A stretch of DNA of 64,000 nucleotides from Octopus vulgaris (Eukaryota): the NCBI GenBank assembly GCA_951406725.2, contig OX597816.1:75392001-75456000 (forward strand), written 5' to 3'. Shown one piece after another: positions 51,901 to 63,900 of this stretch. Position numbers and translations under genes: made by a program. The notes below the pieces were generated by a model. It made no database searches and was not told where the DNA came from. It saw only the letters and a program-made list of their open reading frames with translations. The first letter of the stretch is position 1. Each line of letters starts with the position of its first letter.

Positions 51901-54900
51901 TATAAAGCCACTAATTTGCAGAGGTGTGCTATAATTGACTGAGTCAATTACAAGTACATGACAAATCATGGTAATTTCATCACCATCATCATTTAATATT
52001 CATTGTCCATGCTGGCATGGCATGGGTTGGACAGTTTAACCAGAGCTGGCAAACTGGGGAGCTGCACGAGACACCAGTCTGATTTGAAGTGGTTCCTACA
52101 ACTGGATGCCCTTCCTAACACCAATTTCTTTTTATTAACTCCAGAAGGGTAAAAGGCAAAGCCAATCCTGGCAGGATTTAAATATCACAAAATGTTATGA
52201 GCCTAATATTTCCACATGGGCAACAATTTTGGAAAGGATGGATACAGATCACTGAAATGATTACTGCAAGACAGGTACTTATTTTAAAGAACTCACAAAA
52301 ACAAAAGCACAGCCTGCCAGTACCACCTGACTGGCCCTCGTGCCGGAGGCACGTAAAAGCACCCACTACACTCTTGGAGTGGTTGGCAATAGGAAGGGCA
52401 TCCAGCTGTAGAAACTCTGCCAGATCAGATTGGAGTCTGGTGCAGCCATCTGGTTTGCCAGACCTGTCAAATCGTCCAACCCATGCTAGCATGGAAAGCA
52501 GACGTTAAACGATGATGATGAAGTCAAGTGGAGTTTCAACACAGAACACAGAATTATGAAACTAAATATTGTACGGTATTTAGACAGACGCTCTAACATT
52601 TCTGGTGGTCACTTGAACCTGCTAGAAGCAGCAACCCAAAATTATCTAATTCATACCTCATCATCTTGAATGGTAAATGCTACACTGAACAATGTAGACT
52701 CTGATATACAAAAAAAATAGAAAAGAAAAACAAGAAAAAACGAAATGGTCATGACTGGAACAACTTCGTTCATAGGTCCACTTGATTAGATGACATACAA
52801 ATATATACAAACACTGAACAAGGATTATCTTAGAATTCAAACTGAATACATTACTTGGTTGAGGTTTGATTCCTGCCGCACGGTTTGCATGCCAGTTACT
52901 GATCCAATTGAAAAGTTTCTTTGCATTGCTTTTGTCACCATTTTGACCAATTATCTGTTTTAACGTGCTAGGTTTGTACTTGTCCACCCAAAGGAGTGAT
53001 GTATCTGAAGGAGTTTTGGGAATATTTGTTGTGTCTGGCTTTGTTTCTTTGGCAGAATCTGAGGTAGAAGGCACACAACTGGCTTTTAATGGGCTTTTAA
53101 CATTACGTTTCACACCACTAACATTACTTTCTTTTTCGTTTTTCTTTGCTTCCAAGTTTTCCTAAATAACAAATAAATGATAAAAATAATAAGAAAAATA
53201 GATATGTAACAACAACAACAGATTAATAATTCTTTCTATTATAGACACAAAACCTGGAATTTTGGAGAAGGAATGTGGTCAATTATATCAACCTCAGTGC
53301 TCAACTGGTACTTATTTTCTCAACCCTGATAGGATGAAAGGCAAAGCTAATCTCAGTAGAATTTGAACTCAGAATCTAAAAATAGATTAAATGCCATCAT
53401 CATCATATAACGTCCATTGTCCATGCTGGAAGGCTGCACCAGACTCCAGTCTGATTTAGCATGGTTTTCTACTGCTGAATGCCCTTCCACTAAGCATTTT
53501 ATCCAGTGTGCTAACGATGCTGCTAGTTTGTAACCTTAATAGATGTAGAGTAATGAGGATGACAATTTCTTACATTATGCATTTGAAAAAGAAAAGTCTA
53601 TTTAACTGAAATTAGTCCATTAAATATATGGTATTCAACCCCCAACACCACTATCTTTTAACATTTGTCTTTTGTGCTGGCATAAAGTGGATGGTTCAAC
53701 AGAATCCAACAGGACTGCATGATGCTCCAATGTTTGCTTTGGTACAGTTTCTATGGCTGGCTGCCCTAATGTCAACCACTTTACACAGTGTACTGGGTGC
53801 ATTTTTCATGGCACCAGCACTAGTGAGGTTACATGTAGTTCATAAGATTGAGACCCCCTTTGACTTTGAACTCTACTGCTCTAGGCCATCTTCCCTATAC
53901 CTTCCCAGTGTATTATAAGAGCTAGAAACAAATGATGTGTACAAGAACATGCACTAACTTTTTTCACTGTTTTTTCTGCATCGATAAGGAATTTAGATTT
54001 TTTGCCTGGTTTACTGCGGATTAGATCAAGCAAACCGTCTTCATCAATCTGTGGTGTTTTCAAGCTGCTTGCTTTCTGTATTTTAGTTTGACCAGGTTCT
54101 CGACCAACAATCAAATAATTTGTCTTGCGGCTCAGTGAAAGTGTTACTCTACCACCATACCGCTCAATTAAAGATTTTGCCTCATCTCTTTCAATTGAGT
54201 CTAAAACTCCAGTGATTACAAACGTTAAGCCCTCCAAACAGTTCTCAGCTCCCTGTACAATAGAAAAAGAGAAAGAAGAAAATTCAAAATAATTTCGATT
54301 ATTTTCAATGAAAGTTGACTATTATCACATTTAATGTTTGTCTGAAAAAAATACTCCATCATCAACGTTCATGTTCCATGTGGGTATGACTGGAGGTTTG
54401 ACAGGATCCAGCAAATCACAAGGCTGTGTTGAGCTCTAATGTCAACTTTGACAAGGTTTCTACCCTTCCTAATATCAACCACTTTACAGCAATTAATTTC
54501 ATCTTTCATGTTTTGTAAAAATTACATTTTTAACAGTTTTATTTATTCCTATTGGTATTGTCTAGCACTTGTGTCAGCAACAATCAAATAGAAATATGAT
54601 TGAAGTGTTCTAGATGTAACCATCTTTTTATTATAGATACAACGTGTCGTTTGTTTTGAGACAGAAGGATGTAAATTAAAGACTTCTAGCTGCTATTTCT
54701 AGCAGGTCAAATGACAACATATACATCTTGTTGTTAACTTGTTTTATCTTTGTCATTTGATGTCTAATTTATTATTTCTATGCACAAGTGCTGACATGTC
54801 ACTACTTCATACAAGCTTCCAATGGCACTAGGCCAGTGACTAAGACCACAAACAATTCCCTACCTTGGTCGGCACATCTATCTCCTGGAAACTGTTCAGC

Positions 54901-57900
54901 AATGCGCAACCAGACGAATACTTGCCATAAGGCATCTACCATACTCTGAACGTTTTGCTTCCCTGAGCATGGAGACATTAAAGCTCCAATCTCTGACAAC
55001 TGACTTGGTAGACACCTACAAGATTATCTACCATCTTTCTAAAAACCTTGGGCACATTTTTGAATTCCATGTCTAACACTCATGGACAAGCTTACAAAAT
55101 CAAAAACACAACACAGAACCCATGATTTTCAGAAACATTTTTCCATGCTTAGAATTGCTGAAGCAGGGAATAAACTACCTGCATCAGTTGTCGGCTGTCA
55201 AGACACTACATCTTTCAAAACTTCCATGCTTCCTGAAATTCGTCAATAGTACACCTGACACCCTCACACGTTTTTTTTTTAAACTTTTTCACTGTTCACT
55301 TCCTGTGCATATTCTACAGTTCATGCAATTTTGGCTATTTTTTTCTAATGAGTTGTAGTGTACCTGAGTACTGTATACAATAAGTTCATTATATTATATT
55401 GGATGTACTACAGGAAAAAAGAATGAAAACTGTTGGACCTTTAACAAAAAGAAGGTTTCAATTACGTAACATGACATTTAAAAGAGCCTCTTGTCAGTAA
55501 CATGACCTGTTGGAAATAACAGCCAAATCTCCATAAAAATCAGAGACTAATGTCTTGAAACGAAATGAAGGGCACATTAGATAAAGTAGTCTAAGATAAC
55601 CCTAAAAAAACAGAATGGTCGGTCATAACTGGAAAATATATCTGCTTGATTAGTGTTGGCTTGTTAAAGGGGTTAAAGAACATCTCTAGTTTAGTCAAAT
55701 ATTAAATTGATTCTTCAAATAAAATCCCTCATCTTAACATAGTTCCAGTCAATGCCAAATACAAAAATACAGCAGTTGCTCTCTGTCTCTCATTCTTTAT
55801 TTCTCTTTGTCTTAGTCTTTCTTTGTTTCACTCTCTCTCTCTCATTCTTTATTTCTCTTTGTCTTGTCTTTTTTTGTTTCCCTCTCTCTCTCTTTTACTC
55901 TTTCTCTTTCATACAGAATTTCTGCTTACCGTTGGAATTTCTTTAGATCCAAGATGCTGAGGCCCTTCTCTGTTCAGATATGACAGGTATGAGGTTTTCC
56001 TGTCTGCAGGCTACAAGTAGATATTATTTGCATAATGAATACAGTTGAAATCCTATGGTTAGATACAAATGAGTAAAATCAGTGCCTGTCACTCAGAGCA
56101 TTCATAAGGATTTGTAAATTACTGTCTCTCACCACTGAAAGAATGAACATGCTTTTAGTGATCAAGCAATAGCCAAACAAAACAAGCTGAGCTGTTCTTT
56201 GGTTTGTTTGATAAAACAGATGGAATCCTGTTTTACACCAGGCTCTATTTGCCCAACAAGGCTAGATTGATGTTTATTTATCATAGGCAGAAGTGTAATC
56301 ATGTGGTAAGAAGCTTACTCCCAAACCACATGGCTTCAGGTTCAGTTTCAATGCATGACACCTTGGGGAAGTGTCTTCACCAACAAAAGCCTTCTGAGTG
56401 GATTTGGTAGGCAGAAACTGGAAGAAGTCCACTGTGTGTGTGTGTGTATATATATATATATCTGTGTCTAGCTACTGCCACCACTGCCACCGCCACTCCT
56501 TGTTTTGACATTGTGTGATAGTTGTAAATGAGTGTCACTGTCTTGCAAGCGATATCATTTACTTCCAATATTCTGTGATAACATGTCAGGCCACGCAGAA
56601 ATACTACCTTATTTGGAAACAGGTGAGAGTTGGCGATAGGAAAGGCATCCTGCCACAGAAAATCTGCCTCAAATAAACACTGTCTGACCCTTGCAAGAAT
56701 GGAAAAGTGAGTTTTAAATGATGATACAAGAAAGCAGAGGTTTAATACATAAAATAGAATGTATATATGATTTACAAGAAGTAAGCTTCATAACTTGATG
56801 TTGTAATTCAATAAGTTTCAGCTTATGATGATAATAGTTATAATGGTTTCAAATTTTGCCACAAGGGCAGTGATTTTGGGGGAGGGGATGAATCAATTAC
56901 ATCGACCCCAGTGTTTCAATGGTACTTATTTTATTGATCTCGAAAGGATGAAAGGTAAAGTCAACCTCGGTGGAAGTTCAAATCAGAACGTAGCAACGGG
57001 TGAAATACTGTTAAGCATTTCAGTGTGCTCATAATTCTGCCAGGTTTCTAAGTTAGGCACAAGGCTGAAAATTTTGAGTGGCAATTAGATGATACTATTG
57101 ACCCCAGTACTTGACTGGTACTTTATTTTATTGACCCCAAAAGAATGAAAAGCAAAGTGGAAGTCAACAGGATTTGAACTTAGAACATAATGAGCCACAA
57201 AGTATTTTTTTCTAATGTTCTAATGATTCTGCTTGTTTACATAGAAAATACATCATGGTTTCTTTTTTTTTTTAATCAATATGTATATTCTGTACATCCT
57301 TTTCCAAGACATGGACATGTTTCTATTAGAAATGTGTAAATAAAATTATATATTTTATACACTTCACCCTTATCACTAAGTGAAAGAGCAACCAGTGTGA
57401 GACTGCAACTGGATTTTATACATGTTGGCCTTGCCATTAGTTTTAAAAGCACTGGAATTTACCAAGACCAACTGAAAATTCAAGAAAGCTCAAATATCAT
57501 TGCTCTATGTGTAAAATATAAATATTCGAAAGTGCTCAGTTTTCAGAATCAAATATTAAAAATACAATTCACAAATGCAAGCAGGAAGAAGAAGATCAAA
57601 GTCTTACATTTGGTGTGGGTGTTTCTGGAATGTTAACTTTAGGTTTTTGACTGGGAGTCTGAAAGAAGATAACAACATACTTTAGTACAATGCAAAGCAA
57701 CAATATTCTGTAGGATGTTATCATTGAATTACACAAGAAAAATAAAAAACTTAATAGTGCAGATGTTGAAGTTAACAGGATGACAGAAAAATCAACAGAA
57801 AAGCCAGCAGTTCACATTCTGTCATTATCATTCCATTTTATCCATGACTTCACCCTTTAACATTCAGGTTACCCTGTGAAATATAATACTTATTTGTTGA

Positions 57901-60900
57901 CTATGTTTTGAATTAATTATGCATTATTTCATAGTTTCAGGATTTTGATGAAGTGATTGTTTATTTTTACAATGGCATTATAGGGTGTGAGAGGCCAGGT
58001 CTGGTTAGTTTGAGCATAAAACAGGCGGAACATTTTGGCCAGATAGGGCCAGTTTAAATGCTAAAAGGTTAAATTACTTAATTCTCACTGACTCAATCTC
58101 TAAACCAGTGATTTACAAAGTGTGAGCAGCAAATGGTATTTAGGTGTACCATGGATTTTTCAAAAATATAATTTAAGGATTTAAAAAATTCATTCTTAGC
58201 ATCTTGAGAAAGGTTTTTTTGTTTTTGACATATTTTGTTATTTCCTTTTAACTTTTAATCAGGAAGAAAGACAGTAAACTTTCACAGGGTCTTCAAGACT
58301 AGATAGGAAGGTATCATCAACTGGAGACATGTCAATGAAGTCAACTCCACTAAAGGCACCCAAGCTACAAAATGGTAGTATTAAACTGGATGATGGATTT
58401 TGATTAAATCTGCCATCCAAGCAAGTCATGGGAGGATTTGAACTCAGAATGTAAAGACCTGGAAGACAAATACAAGGCATTCTAATAATCAGCACTCTAA
58501 CGACTCTGCCAGTTAGCTGCTATATTCATTAACTTTGTTGTGATTAAAACAAAGCAAGGTAAGTAATAATTTTTTCGTAATTTTAAAGAATTTTTTAATG
58601 TTAAAACAGTTTTTAAAAGTTTTAGCAGACATGGAAGAGTCTATTAAAATATGGAGAGGGCCAGGGTAAGAAATCTACAGGATAACAATATTGTGTGATA
58701 GCAGAACTTTAGCTCATGAAGTGCCCTGTGAGAGCATCTCTTGAGTAAAAGCCAAAGAGGAGTCTAGGTGAGGCAGATCTCTCATGACTTGGTTGAAGAT
58801 TGTAAAAGAGAGCCTGGCAGATATGGCTGAGCACTGAGAGCAGGCTCACGACATGGTCTGCAGCTATGCTGGGAGATTTCTCATTGCCCAGTGCACCATG
58901 GGAAACTAAGACTAAGAATAATTTGCTATTTCAAAATACACAGATTGAACCAGTAAGATACCTTGTCATAATACACAAAGCTGCAGAAACCAAATACCTG
59001 TTTCATTTCTTATACTTGTTTCATTTGTAGGAGTGCAGCCATGCTAGGGCACTACTTGAAGGACTTAATAAAATAAATCAACCCCAGCACTTCTTTTTCT
59101 CAGTCCAGGATTTATGCTACAAGCCATTATTTTTTTTTTTTTGCTGAACTGCCAAGTTATGGTCATATAAACAAACACAGGTTGGTCAAGCAGTGTGGTG
59201 GGAAACAAATACTAAAACACACACACACATGTACACATGACAGGCTTCTTTCAGTTTCTACCTCCCAAATTCACTCACAAGGAATTGGTTGGCTTGGGGC
59301 TATAGTAGAAGGCACCTGCCCAAGGTGCCACACAGTAGAACTGAACCTAAAATCACATTGTTGCAGAGTGAGCTTCTTAAACTACCCAGCCATGCATACA
59401 CCTTATGAAATATACAAGAATTTTGTGACAGGATGAATGTGTTTCAACTTGTTTAGAAAGTAGAATATTTCAAAATTATCTAATACTGTGGTTATTACTT
59501 TGGTTGGTGTTTTTGGTGAGGCTCTGACTGGTTCTTCTTTCTTTTCTTTCATTTTGGCAGCCAATTTACTAGTAAGACTGTTGCCTGTAAAAATATAAAT
59601 ACCAAAACAAAATAAAAAAAATAAAATTCAAGGATGTTGTAAAATTCACAGCTGTCACTTGCAAACAAGTTTTAGCTTCTAGTAATTGTTTTAGGTACCT
59701 ATGTAGCTGCAAGCTAAGTTACCCTCTTGACACTCCAAACCATTAACTCAGCAGGCCACTGAAGATGTAACAGGTGAAAGGAGAGATGGCTGCACTAGCA
59801 TTAAGCTGATACTTATTTTCAGCCAAATAGATTGGAGCAACAAAAAATGAAGTACTTCAGTCAGTGACACAATAAGCCACTTGGTCCAGGAATCAAATTT
59901 CTGAGTCCAACATCACTGAGCCATGTGCCTTTATTTCCAGCCTATTGTAAGATGTGACTAAAAGGTTTGTTGTCAAGGCTCTCTAACCGTAAAACCCTGC
60001 CTTAAAAAAACCCTATCCAACCCATACCAGCATGGAAAAGCAGATTTAAAAATGACAGCAATAATATCATTGTCATCATTTAAGTAGCCTCTTTTCTAAG
60101 TTCACATGGGTTGGATGAAATTTGCAGAAGTGGATTTTCTACAACAAGATGCCCTTTCCATCACCAACCCATATGTTTCTAAGTAAGGTGATATTTCCCC
60201 ATGACCAGACATATTTTCAAGGAAGACTGGAAATGACAGCTTCCACTTACATGACAGTGATACTTGTTTACAACTATTATGTGATCTCAAGGCAAGAAGA
60301 CAGTAATACACACACACACACACACATATATATACATATATAACTGACTTTCAGTTTCCACCTACCAAATCCAATCACAAAGTTTTGGTCAGACTAGGAT
60401 TATAGGTGCCATGCCGTGGGAGTGAGCTGAATCCAAAACTATGTCTAGACATCCATGCTTAAGCCTACTAAGGTCTTATTTTATTGCTATCATGTTATTT
60501 ACATTGCCTTGTGAAATGTGACACACCTCACTTCCATATAAGAAAGGAGTGGTAAGAGAAACTGAGATAGGAGAGAAATAAAAAGGTGAAATATAGACAA
60601 TAAGAAATTTAAACCCTTTAGCATTCACATTATTCTGTCAAAAATGCTTCGTTATTCACATTGTTTTGAATTAATCATGCATTATTTTGTAACATTGAGA
60701 TTCTGATGAGGTAACTCTTAATTTCTAGAATGATATTGTAGGACCTGGCCAGCTTGAACATAAAACAGGCAGAATATTTTGGCTGGATATGACAAGTTTC
60801 AATACTAAAGGGTTAAGGATGTGAAAAAAGAGAACCCTGCACTTACCAGGACTACTTGAAGAAGTGGCTGATTTAGAAGGAGTAAGTTGTTTGGAAGTTC

Positions 60901-63900
60901 TTTCAGGAGTATCTTTGCAATATGTAACTGTCATTTCTGGTGTTCCTCGTCTTGGTGTGAGTCTTTTTTCTGGTGTCACTTTACTGAGTGTAACACTTTT
61001 CTTTGGAGTGACAGAACAGCTAGAAGTTATTTTCTCAGGTGTGTGTTTCTGAGGTGTAACTGCTTTTTTCTCAGGTGTTTTGCCTTTAGCCTAATATATG
61101 TATTAAAAAAAAAAAGAGTGTAATCAATAATAGTAGATGATGTTTAGTTCCAGGTCATCTTTGATTGAGCAGATCTACAATCAAAGACATTCTAGTTATG
61201 ACCATCCCATCTCTTTTGTATGTATATAACTGCATTATCCAATATGTCCTCCCTTTTTTAAAGTAATAGGTTATAATTCAAGAGACATTTGGCTGTTATT
61301 TCTAATTGAACATGGACAGAAAACAAAAGGTAAGGGACACCTCATTGGCTCATTTGGAGAAGAGTTAGAAAGGTGTAAATATGGTCACTAAGAATAAACA
61401 TCAGCTGAAGAATTCTTTTATTTTTTTATTTTGAGGATTGAATACTGGAGCTGGTGCATTACTATGCTAGCTCCCACAATTCTAGTAATGAACATTAACT
61501 ATGTTTTAATGAAAAATAATTATTCAGTGAGGAAATGATATTAGCACCGACGTCTGGCAGCTGACTTGGCAGACATCCATAAAATTATTAACCATCTTAC
61601 AAACAATAACTTTGAGCACCTTTTCAAACTCCACCTGTCTAACACCTGTGGACATGTTTACAAAGTCAGAAAACAGCACAGCGCCCATGACTTTCGGAAA
61701 CATTTTTTCATGCTAAGAGTTGCTGAAGTATGGAACAAACTGCCAGCATCAGTTGTTAGTTGTCGGAGCACTGCATCCTTCAAAACTTCCATGCTTCCTG
61801 AGATTTGCCAACACTACACCTGATTTTTTCTCCCCTCCATACACACACAAGCATGTATCTGACTCATACACTGTTCACTATCCAGACATTTGTACATTAC
61901 TGCATATGCTTTATATGCACTTTTGACAAGTTGTGGTGCACCTGAGCACTGTATACAATAATTTCATTATTATTATTATTATTATTATACTTTTATTAAA
62001 AGTGAGTCATTGCACTGCCACCACCCATACACCCATATTATCACACTGCCTAGCAATGAAAATAAAAGTATAGAATTTTAGTCATAAAAATAGGTATGTC
62101 CTTTTTTAAAAGATTGAAAACCAATGTTGTCAATATCACAGCAAATCAGCCATGTGTTACAAGCACATGAAGTTTAAATAGCTTAAAATAGATGACCTAA
62201 TTAATCAATCTGACATCTTGAAAAACAAAGGTAAAAAACATTCAATACACAAAATCATTATCTGTTTTGAATTCCTTCAATATATTTGTTTCCATGCTAC
62301 CAACAAAGATATCTGAATTTCTTACTGCAGTTATCATCATCAACATTAGCATCACCACCACTCCAACACAGACAACACAAACTGATACCACAATGAGCAC
62401 TATCATACAAAATTGGATTTGTCTACCTTTTTGTTAACAGGAATTTCTTCATCAAGCTGAGCCAAGGTTGCCAGGAAATCATCATCATCATGAAATTCGT
62501 CTTCAAAAGATTCATCCACCTTGTAAAAGATCAAAAAGAAGAAAGATGTTAGAATTTATTTGAAACAATATTACTGAAATATGGAGAATACTAGACTACC
62601 CATGACCCGTTGGGTCACCAATAGTTCAAGGTACCTGAAAAAACTGTGTATCTCAGGAATCAGTGGTCCGATTTACATGAAACTTGTGTTATTCTGTTCA
62701 TATTTATATTTCAATAGTACCTTATTTTCAAAGCATTTTCCCCATTATATGCTGGTTTGGCTATTTATAAAGGTATCCAAAAAAAACACGTATCTCTGAA
62801 ATCCATAGTCTGTTTTATACAAAATTTGTTTTATTCTGTTTGTATTCGCATGAGCATCTGATTCATGATGTCTCCTGCTTTTGTCTCTTCCCTTGTCTTG
62901 CTGGGAAACTCCAAGGTCCCCACCGTCCCTCCACCCCTTTCTTTTCTGGAAAAACAGTGGCTCTGGCAGGTTTGGAGGTGAGATACATTGAATCCATAAG
63001 AAAAAAACCTGTGGAAAAAAATTATTTCACACTGAGGTACAAATGGGTCCTTTAAGAAATATTTACCCTTGAAAATAATTTTTAAAAATATTAAAATTTT
63101 GTCTGTTTAAAGAAAGCTAAAATATAAATACTTACTGTACTTGTATTTTTTGAAATCACATTCACTTAAAAATATTTCTAAATGATTAAAATAGAAACAT
63201 TTACTGTAAAAATAACTTGTATTTTTTCATTGAGATGTTAAAGTCACTAAGACTTTTGACCAGGTCATGAAGTTTGTCTTCAAATACAGAAGACATTGAT
63301 CATGTATCTAATCAAAAGTTTTCCTACATTTCAGGGTTATGTTATTTTGGGGTATTTTCCCATTATGTACCATTTTGGGCATTTATGAATACTCCCAAAG
63401 CTGCTTAGTTTCCTGAGAATATCCAACTCATACTTAATATTTGTGTGGATGTGTGTATATATTAAGTCATACACACCACGTACATACATACCTACATACA
63501 CACAAACACACACACACACACATACAAATAGATTGATTATGAGAATGAAGTGGATAAATCATCATCATCATCATCATCGTTTAACGACCGTTTTCCATGC
63601 TGGCATGGGTTGGACGGTTCGACTGAGATCTGGGAAGCCAGAAGGCTGCACCAGGTCCCAATCTGATCTGGCAGAGTTTCTACAGCTGGGTGCCCTTCCT
63701 AACGCCAACCACTCCAAGAGTGTAGTGAGTGCTTTTTACATGCCACCGGCAATACCCTTAAAACCAGGAACTTTTCAGCAATCCTTCGTAGATGTGGGCA
63801 TCAGTAACTGAACACAAAAGTTGCGAAAGCATTTCTGGATATTAGTAAAAGACATATTTCCTTTGTCATTCAGTAAAAGATCAATAACTTATTTAAGACA

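Noticed and set aside
59755-59792. Hammerhead candidate gccaCTGAAGA..GAAA..tggc
   Set aside because: No UH cleavage site, no stem III and a poor stem II.
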